Assembly: GCA_977862235.1 (NCBI GenBank)
Contig: OZ374561.1
Span: 1,364,001-1,428,000, forward strand
DNA: 64,000 nucleotides
Source of the DNA: Dudresnaya verticillata
Lineage: Eukaryota
Reading direction: 5' to 3'
Below are positions 44,639 to 54,594 of the stretch, piece by piece; positions within the stretch are counted from its first letter, which is position 1; each line of letters starts with the position of its first letter. A program made the translations under genes and the position numbers. A model generated the notes under the pieces. The model searched no databases. It was given only the letters and a program-made list of their open reading frames with translations, and was not told the DNA's origin.

Positions 44639-45697
44639 CTAGTACCGGGCAGCATCTGGGCGCATTGACGCAGAAACAGCCGGGAACTTGTTGAACAGGT
44701 CCTCTTCGTACGAGCATCCGTGTGCGTAGTAGTCCCTAGCGTACTTGGCAGCATCATACCTGAGCTGTTCCTTGGCCAGATCACTAATTTGCCCAGCCCT
44801 GAAACGCGTAGCCAGGCCAGACACGCGCCTAAACTCGGCCATTCCCTTGGAAGCACCGTCATTGCACAGAACATCATACACGCCGTACGGGACCGCGCGG
44901 AACTTGGACTGCTTGTCGACGCAGGAGGCCATGTACTCCTCCGCCGGACTGCTGCCGAAGGCATAGCGGCTGCAAACACCCTTCGCCTCACTGCCCCCGG
45001 TGACGACCGCGCGAGCAGAAATAGGGAACTTGTCGACAAGCTTCTCCTCATACGAGCAACCATAGCACGAGATGATGGCCTTCCGGCGCATTTCCGTGAA
45101 GTCTCCAAACTTCTGGACAGTAGAGCGATGGTTCATACGGAACTGCGCCCCGAGGGCAGCGACGCGAGACTCCTCAGCCTGCCCACGGTAGGTACCCTCA
45201 GTGCAGGCAACCGAGTACACGCCAGACGGGCAAGCAGTCATCTTGTACTGCATGGTGACGCACTTTGCCATATACTTGTCCGCGGTGACAATGGGTTCAA
45301 AGTTAACCATGGTATCCGGGTCGCCGCCAGTACCGCGACCACCGGCATTGATGGCGGCCAGGATGCGGGCGTACGGGGTGGAGACAGCGGCGATTGCTGC
45401 CTGGGACATCCCCGCCGAGGTCTCAGTGTCCTTAGCGCCCCGGAACGGGCTAAACTTCTCCTTGAGCGAGTCACGGTACATGACCCACCAGGCGCTGGGC
45501 TTCGAGGTGGAGATAGGGGATGGGGCGGGCTTTGACATGGCCGTGTACTTGTCCAGCGAGTAGGCCTCGGCCACGATGACGGTGCGGGTTGGCGCGCATG
45601 GCGTGGCCGGGGCGGCGGCGCGCGAGACGGCGGCACCGGAGAAGGAGCTGTTGCGCAGCGGCTTGGCGGTCAGCGAGGACGGGACAAAGGCGTTCAT
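44639..45697 (-). CDS. Phycoerythrin gamma-subunit-type chromophorylated phycobilisome linker
   Basis: Transit peptide MNAFV...FSG and two repeats of A(D/E)xYMAxCV..Q.K...P.GVY.V.C.(E/D)G followed by GCSYEE. Confidence 0.85.
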   Translation of the reverse strand: MNAFVPSSLTAKPLRNSSFSGAAVSRAAAPATPCAPTRTVIVAEAYSLDKYTAMSKPAPSPISTSKPSAWWVMYRDSLKEKFSPFRGAKDTETSAGMSQAAIAAVSTPYARILAAINAGGRGTGGDPDTMVNFEPIVTADKYMAKCVTMQYKMTACPSGVYSVACTEGTYRGQAEESRVAALGAQFRMNHRSTVQKFGDFTEMRRKAIISCYGCSYEEKLVDKFPISARAVVTGGSEAKGVCSRYAFGSSPAEEYMASCVDKQSKFRAVPYGVYDVLCNDGASKGMAEFRRVSGLATRFRAGQISDLAKEQLRYDAAKYARDYYAHGCSYEEDLFNKFPAVSASMRPDAARY

Positions 45698-46358
45698 GGC
45701 TGCGTCTGCGGGGCGGGGCGGGGCAGGAGGTGGGAGGCGGGAGGCGGGAGGCGGGGGGCGTGGGGCGTGGGGCGGGAGGCGGGGGGGGGCGGGGGGGTTC
45801 GGCGACGCTGAGGGTGGTACTGCGGCGGTGGGAGTGCGGAGAATGGCCTAGATACTGTAGAATGCGGAGAGGAGTGAATACCCTACTCTAGACGAAAAGA
45901 GCGTCTGCGTACAGCATGAGCAGAAAATCTCAGGATCCGTGCGCCGGGTCGAGCCCGATTTCATGTCGGTTGCTGAGCGCCAGCAACGACCAGATTCGAA
46001 GGCGGCCCAATGAGCCGCAGGGTCCGCGGGTTGACCAGGTAGGGTTTCCCGGAGCTCCGAACGAACCGACACGCTGCTGCCCGTCCCTTCGTGACGGTAA
46101 CGCTAAATCATTCCCAGAATCTCTCTCGGAGATTCTCTCCCAAAATCTAAAAATATTCTCGAAACCTCCCAAATATTTTTCTTCCAATGCTCTCAATAAT
46201 GCTTACAGTATCACTTCAAGCATTACAGTTCCGACGGCGGTGGCGTAGATCTTCGTCATCGCCGTCCACCTTTTACCTTCGCTCCTCTGCCTTGTTTCGG
46301 TACAGACACCGCAGTCTCTCTAGCATTTACTTGTCTTCCTCTGCACAAGCCTGCCAAG

Positions 46359-49151
46359 ATGGGTAAGAAGGGAAAGACGGGAAAGAATCGCCAGGACAAG
46401 TTCTACCACCTGGCGAAGGAGCAGGGCTTCCGTTCGCGCGCATCATTCAAGCTCGTCCAGCTCAACAAGCGCTTCGACTTCCTGTCCGCGGCCGCACGCG
46501 GCGTCGTCGACCTATGCGCCGCCCCGGGAGGTTGGATGCAGGTCGCGCGGAAGCACATGCCGGTCCACGCCCCGTGTATCGGCATCGACCTCGTCCCGAT
46601 CCGTCCGGTTCCGGGCTGCACCGGCCTCGTGGGCGACATCACCACGGATACTGCCCGCGCAGACCTCAAGCGCGCTCTACGCGCTGCCCACGGCGCGCAT
46701 TCCGATGGAAAAGTTGATGCTGTTCTCAATGACGGCTCCCCGAACATGGGAAAGGCTTGGTTGCAGGACGCCTACACCCAGTCTGAACTCACCCTTGCAG
46801 CCCTCCGCCTGGCCTCGGATTTTCTTGCCCCCGGCGGTACCTTCGTCACCAAGGTCTTTCGTTCCAATGACTACAACTCACTTCTCTTTGTTATGAACCA
46901 GCTCTTTCGACGTGTCAACGCCACAAAGCCGTCTGCGTCCCGTGCAGAGTCTGCTGAGATTTACGTCATGTGCATTGACTATCGTGCTCCGAAGGCCATT
47001 GATCCACGTCTTCTAAACCCCAAGTATGTCTTCAAGGATATGACAACCGACGCCCCTCCTGCTGGCGATGAGACTGGAAGTGCTGCCGCAAAGCCAGACT
47101 TATTTGTTAACACAGTTATGAAGGACATGAAGAAGAGAAAGCGCAGCAGAGGCGGCTATGCTGACGGTGACCTCACGCTTTTCCGCCGCATCTCTGTCCT
47201 GGATTATTGTCGTTCAGCAAGACCAGTTGCCCTAATGGTTGACACAAGCGAGTTCTCCTTTGACCCGCGTGTGATTTGCTCAAACGAAGTTTCTGAGCAA
47301 AATGCTAAGCGCGTTGCCGAAGTCCTGGAACAAATGCCGGAGACGAATACCGAAATCAAAAACTGTTGCGAAGATCTCAAGGTTCTTGCAAGGAGAGACT
47401 TTAAACTGCTGCTGAAATGGCGTTCGGCTGCCCGCGAAGCCTTACAAAAGGCGGATTTGTTGCACGTGCAAAAAGGCGGTGATGGTGGAAAGGACGGAAT
47501 ACATGACGACCAGAATAAGGATAAAGCCGGAAAAGAAGCAAGCGATGAAGAGAGTGCCCCTAACTCGGAAAACGAGGAAGAGAAGAAGATAAATGAGGAA
47601 ATCAAAACCGTTCGCACCGAACTCCTTGCTAAAGAAAAGCGGAAGAAGAGGAAGGCGAACAAGCTACGCAATGCGATTCAGCGGAAGATAGACATGAAGA
47701 TTATCCTCCCGGAAGCCGCCAGTGAAATTGGACAGGACGTTCCAGAGGGACTTTTCGCTCTAAACACAGCAAAGCGTGCCGAAAAGCACGGCCTCCCCGT
47801 CGCAGAGGTTCCAGTCGACGACCCTCATGATGCGGATGATGAGGGCGAGGACGAAGACGACAATTCCGAGACCAATACCCGCCTTCCCTACAAGGTTGGA
47901 GATGTGGGCCACGATGTAGATGAGAATGTCGGTGATGTTGAGGAGGACCTTGATCGTTGGTACAAAGTGTACTTATCGAGAAAGAAGCGCGATAAGAACG
48001 GGATTCTGCTGCAAGAGTCCAAGGAGCGAAAAAGAATCACCAAACGCAAAGCGCTCAGGGATGCTTACGAGAAGGGTACGGAGGGTGACGGGCAAGGCAG
48101 CGCGGACGAGTCAAAGAATCCGAGACTGGTCGTGGATTCTTCTGAATCGAGCAGCGATGACGATGAGCAGCTGGACGATGATATCCGTGTGAAAAGAAAC
48201 CCGGGCTCATCCCGGGAGGCAGCCCTTTGGTTTGCACAACCTTTATTCCAAGATATGATGGGTATATCTTCTGACGACGATTCAGAGGGCGAACCCCCAG
48301 CTGACACTGCTAATGATGAAACTATGGTTGGAGAAAAGAGCAACTTGGATGCAGAAATGCAAGAGGCTGGTGTCGAGCAATTCCATACTGCTGCAAGGAA
48401 GGAAGCCAACCGAATGGTTGCAGAGAAAGAAAAGGAAAGAGCGGAGAATGACGACGGATTCGAGGTGGTGCCGATGAGCAAGGCCAAAGGTCCTGGTGCA
48501 AGCCCGGGAGATGCAGAGTCTGATAGCGACTCTTCGTTCCACTCTTCAGATTATGATACAGACGAGAAGGCCGAAATGGTTGCAATTGGAAGAAGGATGC
48601 GACAGTCGAAGACTGAGGCTGCAGATGTCCTTGATGAGGCATATAATAGGTACACCTTTGATGACCCATTCGACTTGCCGCGTTGGTTTGCGGACCCGGA
48701 CCCAGCATACAGAAAGCGACAAGCTCCAGTAACAAAGGAACAGGTTGCCGAAATGAAGGAGTACGTTAAGTCACTCCAAGCGGCGCCAACCAAGAAAGAG
48801 GCTGAAGCAAAAGCTCGGCGTCGAGCAAGGGCAACTAAAAAATTGGAAGCAATGAAAGCCAAGGCAAACAGCATTGCTGAGCAAGGCGACGTGCCCGCTA
48901 GCGCACGTATGAAGGCCATAGAGGACCTGTACAAGCAAGCCATGAAGTCTGGAAAGAAGGGGAAGAAGGGGAAGAAGAAGCAGTATCAGGTCGTTCGGCC
49001 GAATGGGAAAATGGCGGTGGGGAAGAATATTTCAAAGGGCAGAAAGGCTTCTCGTGGTGTGCAGACTAGCCTTGTAGACAAGCGACTCAAGGCTGACAAG
49101 AGGGGGATGGCAAAGGCTAGGGCGAGGAACAAGAGCAGTGGGAAGGGGTAA
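46359..49151 (+). CDS. SPB1: Pre-rRNA 2'-O-methyltransferase Spb1/FTSJ3
   Basis: DKFYHLAKEQGFRSRASFKL, DLCAAPGGW, FVTKVFRS, SR.ESAEI and the C-terminal YNRY..LPRWF...VDKRLK.D.R. Confidence 0.95.
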   Translation: MGKKGKTGKNRQDKFYHLAKEQGFRSRASFKLVQLNKRFDFLSAAARGVVDLCAAPGGWMQVARKHMPVHAPCIGIDLVPIRPVPGCTGLVGDITTDTARADLKRALRAAHGAHSDGKVDAVLNDGSPNMGKAWLQDAYTQSELTLAALRLASDFLAPGGTFVTKVFRSNDYNSLLFVMNQLFRRVNATKPSASRAESAEIYVMCIDYRAPKAIDPRLLNPKYVFKDMTTDAPPAGDETGSAAAKPDLFVNTVMKDMKKRKRSRGGYADGDLTLFRRISVLDYCRSARPVALMVDTSEFSFDPRVICSNEVSEQNAKRVAEVLEQMPETNTEIKNCCEDLKVLARRDFKLLLKWRSAAREALQKADLLHVQKGGDGGKDGIHDDQNKDKAGKEASDEESAPNSENEEEKKINEEIKTVRTELLAKEKRKKRKANKLRNAIQRKIDMKIILPEAASEIGQDVPEGLFALNTAKRAEKHGLPVAEVPVDDPHDADDEGEDEDDNSETNTRLPYKVGDVGHDVDENVGDVEEDLDRWYKVYLSRKKRDKNGILLQESKERKRITKRKALRDAYEKGTEGDGQGSADESKNPRLVVDSSESSSDDDEQLDDDIRVKRNPGSSREAALWFAQPLFQDMMGISSDDDSEGEPPADTANDETMVGEKSNLDAEMQEAGVEQFHTAARKEANRMVAEKEKERAENDDGFEVVPMSKAKGPGASPGDAESDSDSSFHSSDYDTDEKAEMVAIGRRMRQSKTEAADVLDEAYNRYTFDDPFDLPRWFADPDPAYRKRQAPVTKEQVAEMKEYVKSLQAAPTKKEAEAKARRRARATKKLEAMKAKANSIAEQGDVPASARMKAIEDLYKQAMKSGKKGKKGKKKQYQVVRPNGKMAVGKNISKGRKASRGVQTSLVDKRLKADKRGMAKARARNKSSGKG

Positions 49152-49502
49152 CGCCACCTTAGTTCTATCAATGTAAAAGCACCTCGTCATTTGCAGACGT
49201 ATTCGAGCGAGAAAAATCCGTTCCTGCTACACTACGTCACGTGCGTGGGACATTACTCACCGCGAACGAAGATGCGCGCAACGGGACAAAAGGTAACGAT
49301 TCTCATTGTATGGACCTTCAAGAGAGTAAATGCCTACGGCAAGAGAGTATGAAAGAAAAAACTTTACCGAACAGACCCTCGATCATGTCGACGACTGCCG
49401 GCTTTACAGCATCTGCTGTTGTAGCTAGCGGATTTAGCTAAGCGGAGGTGTGTGCTAAACGAACACAACTCATGAAAATTACACTGCACTGAGGCCTTTT
49501 CT

Positions 49503-50129
49503 TTACAGAGGCTTGAAGTGCAGGAGCTGCTCGACGGCACCAGTCTTGGTGACCCACTCCTGGTGGATCATTCCGCCCACGGCGATCATCGCCAGCCGGC
49601 CGTTCATGATCTCATTAGCCTGGTACTTCCTGAAGACGGTCGGGTCCTTGCCAAGTCCCAACGGGTCGAAGCCGAAGTCACCTGGGGCGGCCTTGCCCTC
49701 GACAGTCTGCTTGAGAGCGTAGAAGCTGAGGCCCTCGAACAAAGCGATGAACATCAGAATCTGACCCATGCCACCGGTTTGGATGTAGTAGTCATGTGCC
49801 TCGACGGGGAGCATCTTCGGGAAGTACGAGCCGCCAAAGGTGAAGAGTTCCTGGACGATCATGCCGAGAGAGGCGAGCATGCAAATGCGACCATGCTTAA
49901 TCTCAGCGGCCTGCAAGAAGCGAACGTTTACATAGTCCGAGATGAGCAGCGGGTCGAACTCGTACGAGGCTGGGAGCCCATCGAGGTTCTTCGGCTTGAG
50001 CAGAAACGGAACACTCTTGCTCATCTGCATGGTGACGCCGGCCGGGCGCGCACGAACCGGCGCCTTGGAAAGGGCGGCACCGGCAAAACGGGAGGACGCA
50101 ACTGGAAGAACGGGGGCGAAGGCAAACAT
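49503..50129 (-). CDS. Light-harvesting chlorophyll a-binding protein (Lhcr-type)
   Basis: FDPL, AEIKHGRICMLA, PGDFGFDPLG and EIMNGRLAMIA. Transit peptide MFAFAP. Confidence 0.93.
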   Translation of the reverse strand: MFAFAPVLPVASSRFAGAALSKAPVRARPAGVTMQMSKSVPFLLKPKNLDGLPASYEFDPLLISDYVNVRFLQAAEIKHGRICMLASLGMIVQELFTFGGSYFPKMLPVEAHDYYIQTGGMGQILMFIALFEGLSFYALKQTVEGKAAPGDFGFDPLGLGKDPTVFRKYQANEIMNGRLAMIAVGGMIHQEWVTKTGAVEQLLHFKPL

Positions 50130-50711
50130 GTTGGGGGAAGGGGGTGGTGGGAGGGAGGAAGACAAGTGGTTGCGAAGGATGTGGTGGTAGCAGACAGGAG
50201 GGGGAGGGAGTGGGTTGAAGAGATAGAGGCTTAAAAACCACCGGAGCTCTGGACGGGGATTGCCCTGCGAAGCCGGGTGATGCTCGATGTACTTCGTGTG
50301 GCTTGGCAGATTTTTTCAGGAGAGGAGGTGTGCGAGGGTATTAGTGGAGAAGCGGTGAGGTCAGAAAACGGATCCCGAAAAATCTTGAAATGCCCAACCA
50401 ATCACAGTCTCTGATATCCAAATACTTCTCCGGGAAACGCCCCTTCGCTCGGGGCAATGTTCCTTCCCATGGACAGGCTGTCCCATTTCGGCCACGTGAA
50501 CACGTGGCAATGTTGTCCAGCTCCCCACCTTGCAACGTGTATCTGAGAAAACGCGACGTGTCGGCTGAAGGAGAAGTGTAAGGATGCATACCCCATGCCG
50601 TTTCGGTTCACATTCCTACGGCTCCGCGCGGCGAGATCCGCAGCCTCCCTACAACCGCTTGCTCTTCCACTGCAAGACATCACTCGTGTCTTGTCTTGAA
50701 GTTGCATCACC

Positions 50712-53057
50712 ATGCCGGGAGCGGCGCTCGAGGAAGGCGAGATCAATGTATCTGCACTTTCATCCGTCGCTGCGGTCGAGCAAGCGTTGAAGCGCTCGCT
50801 GCAGCATTCCCAAGAAATTGAGCAAACCCTTGACAACCAGCTCTCCCAATCCTCCAGCCTCTCTTCGAAGCGAGCTCTAACTCTCTCCTCTGCGTCTCAA
50901 CTCGCTGCAGCCATATCCGACGATGCAGAAGAGCTCACTTCGCTACTTTCCTCCGCAGCACGCGTCTCAAGCACCGCCGTAGCCCGAATCCGTCACCTCG
51001 ACGCCATACTCGAGCGAGGAAACGCCGCACTCACATGGGCGGAGGACATTCTCACCCTACGCATCTGTGCGGAAGGTGCCAAAACTTCACTTTCCGCTGA
51101 CGATCTTCCCGCAGCGGCTGAACATGTTGCACGTTACCTCGCCCTTAACGACGCTGTTCGTTCCGACCCGGCTTCCGCTGCCGCTGTCTCACAGATCGAC
51201 CAATCTCTCGCGGAGCTTACGCGAAAGGTTACCGAGCGTACTGATGCTGTACTGGTTACTGATGCTGATCCACTTCCTACGGAGCGTGCCGTTGATGCCG
51301 TTCGCCTCTTCGTTTCGATCGGTCGTGCGAAGGAAGGTCTTTCACGTCTGGCTACATATCTTAAGCGACGAGTGCGTCTTGAAAGTGATGCTGATGTACG
51401 CGAACTGGTTCTGAATGCATCCGACAAGGATGCGACCGGGCTGGATGAACCTCATATTGTTGCACTGGCGAGGCTCTTTGAGGGAGTAGCCGCATGCGTG
51501 CACGATTGTCAGCCACACTTGAAACCGCTCTTTGGAGAGGATTCCATAGTAGTGCTTATTGAGGAGCTGCAGAATGAATGTGATACGTGCAGCGAAAGAA
51601 TTCTGTCAAGGTACAAGGAAGCGAGACGTGTTGATGAGGTTTTGCGCTCTCTGCGCTCTGAAACTGCTAGTGCGCGGGATTTAGACCCCTTTTTGAGTGA
51701 GCTGACGCTTCTAAGTCAACGCATGGCGGCGTACTTCGATTTCTTGGAGCAGAAGAGTATCGTGAAAGAGCCGCATCCTGGAGAAGAAGTCAACAAGGAG
51801 AAACAGGAGGAGATCTTGAAGGCCTTGAAGGAAAAGTTGGGAGCATGTGGACTGTCAAAGCTGCGAAAAGAACTCGGTGTGTATTACAACTCAATTGAGT
51901 CGTACTTTATGCGGGAGAATGCACGGCTTGCCATTCAAATCGACGAGAGCAATGGTGAGGATGCCGATACATCGACTGCGGTTGATGACTTCTTCTTCGT
52001 CATACAAAAGTGCTTCCAGCGTGCCTTCGCATTCGGGGATACAACGACCGATGTTCTGCGTGTCATATTGCAACAAGTAAGTCTATGCTTGATGAACGAC
52101 TTGTTGGCGTACATGCGACGGCGGTTACGAGAAACTGAGGCTGCATTAGAAAAGATGCTTCGTGGCTCCGCATCCTCGACAGCATTACCTACGGCTGCTT
52201 TGACTGTTTCGTATCTTACAGAGCTGGCCAAAGCAAACATTTCGATACCAGGAGGCATTGAAGACGAAAAGCAAGATGCGGACGTAGCCAAGTATGACTT
52301 TTTTGTTGCTTTGAACAATGCTGCTGTTTCTGCCGACTACGCCACGCGATTGCGAGGAAATGTGGAGAAGGCGATAAATGCATCGGCTAAGCTCTCTGCA
52401 GACGACCGTGCACTTCTTGCAGCCCCAATAGCGCAGATCACTGATGCCGCCAGGGCTTTGGTACTAGCTGCGGAGCACGGGGTTTCACGACTTGCGTTTG
52501 TGCTTCTTGGAAGGGTAACCAGTATTGTTGAGCAATCCCTGAAGAGCGCAAAGTACGTTGTATCTGAAGCTGAGTACTCGCTGGACTCAGACGCAACACC
52601 GGGGTTTTCAAGAGAGATTGCAGATGAAATCGAGACAAAGGTGTTGAGTCCATCTCTAGAGAAAAGATTAACTGAGAAGAACTGGGATGCACTGGTGCGT
52701 CAAGTGGCTGAGTGGTTCGCAGAGAAAATCGAGACGATTGTGTTCCTCCCACCCTTAAGCGGAACATTAGCACCGAAACCGTTCAACGCTTTTGGCGGCC
52801 TCAGGGCTGACCGCGACGTGCGTGCCATTTCAGCTTACTTTTCTGGTAAGAGCAGGCGAAGTACTGTGCGGGATGTATTCGGGAGGCTCTCACAGCTGGC
52901 CATGGTCGTCAACCTGGAACGGCCAGCTGAAATTTACGACATCTGGGGTCCAAATGCTGGTGGAATGACGTGGAGACTGGCACCTGCTGAAGTCAGACGA
53001 ACGCTTTCGCTTCGGACAGACTTCAGTCAGGATGCAGTCCGTTCTTTGAAGTTGTAA
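50712..53057 (+). CDS. COG4: Conserved oligomeric Golgi complex subunit 4
   Basis: Helical protein with AA.H..RYL, VDDFFF...KC..RA, FN..GGL..DRDVR and TWRL.P.EVR..L.LR.DF. Confidence 0.85.
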   Translation: MPGAALEEGEINVSALSSVAAVEQALKRSLQHSQEIEQTLDNQLSQSSSLSSKRALTLSSASQLAAAISDDAEELTSLLSSAARVSSTAVARIRHLDAILERGNAALTWAEDILTLRICAEGAKTSLSADDLPAAAEHVARYLALNDAVRSDPASAAAVSQIDQSLAELTRKVTERTDAVLVTDADPLPTERAVDAVRLFVSIGRAKEGLSRLATYLKRRVRLESDADVRELVLNASDKDATGLDEPHIVALARLFEGVAACVHDCQPHLKPLFGEDSIVVLIEELQNECDTCSERILSRYKEARRVDEVLRSLRSETASARDLDPFLSELTLLSQRMAAYFDFLEQKSIVKEPHPGEEVNKEKQEEILKALKEKLGACGLSKLRKELGVYYNSIESYFMRENARLAIQIDESNGEDADTSTAVDDFFFVIQKCFQRAFAFGDTTTDVLRVILQQVSLCLMNDLLAYMRRRLRETEAALEKMLRGSASSTALPTAALTVSYLTELAKANISIPGGIEDEKQDADVAKYDFFVALNNAAVSADYATRLRGNVEKAINASAKLSADDRALLAAPIAQITDAARALVLAAEHGVSRLAFVLLGRVTSIVEQSLKSAKYVVSEAEYSLDSDATPGFSREIADEIETKVLSPSLEKRLTEKNWDALVRQVAEWFAEKIETIVFLPPLSGTLAPKPFNAFGGLRADRDVRAISAYFSGKSRRSTVRDVFGRLSQLAMVVNLERPAEIYDIWGPNAGGMTWRLAPAEVRRTLSLRTDFSQDAVRSLKL

Positions 53058-53245
53058 GTAAAGATTATGTACAATGCTCTCCTTGCCCATCTCGACAAGG
53101 CATCCAACATGCATAGCACAACGCTTGTTGCGTCGGACAGCATGTGGGCCAACAAATAATGCATATATGATGAGCTACAAAGTCAATGGCTGCGACAATA
53201 CGCAATTGCCCATGTACAAGTCAAGTTTTACACGATGACAAAATC

Positions 53246-54070
53246 CTATGCCGACACATCCATACTCTCCTGGGTCGGTGCGGCATCAACGACAGCGAAG
53301 TCCTTCGCAGGTGCCTTGAAGACAAGCGAGCCAGCCACAACTGGGGTGGTGCCAGGGGCGAAATCGTATCCTGCAGGACGGCGGTATTTGCGCTCGTTCT
53401 CCTTTGCGTAGCCGCGAATAACTTCCTTCCCGTCTTTGGTGATGATGCAAATGTCGACATTGCCACCAGAACCCAAATCATTGAAGATACCTGCAGAGAT
53501 GCCCTCGTAAACCAGCTGCTTTGCGTCATCCACAGTCATATCCTCCTTGTATTTGGCCTCAAAGACTGCCATGGCGGCCAGGGATCCCGATCCCATGCTA
53601 ACATACGGCAAGCGGTCGGTAGATCCATGTGGGTAGACGGTATACAAATGCGATCCGTTAAAATCGACGCCGCCTAGGACGAGTGCGGCCGAGACGTGGC
53701 CCTGGTAGCGGAAGAGCATCTTCTTAAGCATGTTAAGGGCGGTGGCGACACGCGGGGCACGACGGGTAGCAAGGCTGTGCAGCGAGAGCTGCGATGCGAT
53801 GAGCTGGGTGGTGTGCTCCGTGTCTGCGGCGGTGCCGGCGCCGCAACACATGATGTTGTCGGCGATGTAGTGGATCTTCTGACAGTTCTTCTCGAAGACG
53901 GTGGTGTCGGACGTGGCGCGCGTGTCGGCGCCGAGCACGACGCCGCCCGAGAAGACCACGCCCGCAATGGTGGTTCCCGTCTTGCGCGCCACCGGCGCGG
54001 CGTACCCCTTCGCGGCGAGCAGGTTGTTGCGCACGACATTGTCGAACGAGAAGCCGCCCTGCGAGGACAT
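53246..54070 (-). CDS. PSMB7: 20S proteasome subunit beta-2 (Pup1/PSMB7)
   Basis: [33 protein letters not shown] and GIFNDLGSG. Confidence 0.95.
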   Translation of the reverse strand: MSSQGGFSFDNVVRNNLLAAKGYAAPVARKTGTTIAGVVFSGGVVLGADTRATSDTTVFEKNCQKIHYIADNIMCCGAGTAADTEHTTQLIASQLSLHSLATRRAPRVATALNMLKKMLFRYQGHVSAALVLGGVDFNGSHLYTVYPHGSTDRLPYVSMGSGSLAAMAVFEAKYKEDMTVDDAKQLVYEGISAGIFNDLGSGGNVDICIITKDGKEVIRGYAKENERKYRRPAGYDFAPGTTPVVAGSLVFKAPAKDFAVVDAAPTQESMDVSA

Positions 54071-54405
54071 GGTTCAAGAGTCTCCGTGTGCGCGCGTGCG
54101 GATGCAGCGAACTTGACTTTGGTTCGGGTGGATCGGGGTTGCGCCGGAGGTTGCAAGGCCAGGCCGAGGCGGGGGCGATGGCAATGCGGTGGGCGGAGGG
54201 TGCGGCGGCAGTGGGCTGGAATGGGATGCGGCTGGAATGCGGCTCGAAAAGAGACCGGATCAGCTGAAAAAAAAAGTGGCAAAAAAAGAAACTCGAATGG
54301 ATCGTCGCGCGGGCCACCGGCGGCGGCAAGCGGGCAGGAAGGGGAGGGAGGCAGTCGCGGCGCGGGCGGGGGGGATGTGCGACGGAGGGGCGTGCGCGCG
54401 TTCGG

Positions 54406-54594
54406 TCAGGCGTCTGCGCGGCGGCGGAGGCAGCGGACGAACTCGGCCCACTCGAGGGCGACTTGGTCGCGGCGCGTGAACAGCGCGTCGATGACGCGGT
54501 CCAGCTGCGCGTTGCACCGGTGCGGCTTTGGCGGCCGCAGGGCGGTGTCGCGCGAAGCTGGCGCGGGCGGCGGCTGCGCCTGCGCCTCGGCCAT
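54406..54594 (-). CDS. Possible small protein (62 aa) of unknown function
   Basis: ATG in good context (AGCATGG) and GC-rich codons like the neighbouring gene starts. Helical-looking HRCNAQLDRVIDALF...WAEFVRCLRR. Confidence 0.35.
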   Translation of the reverse strand: MAEAQAQPPPAPASRDTALRPPKPHRCNAQLDRVIDALFTRRDQVALEWAEFVRCLRRRADA

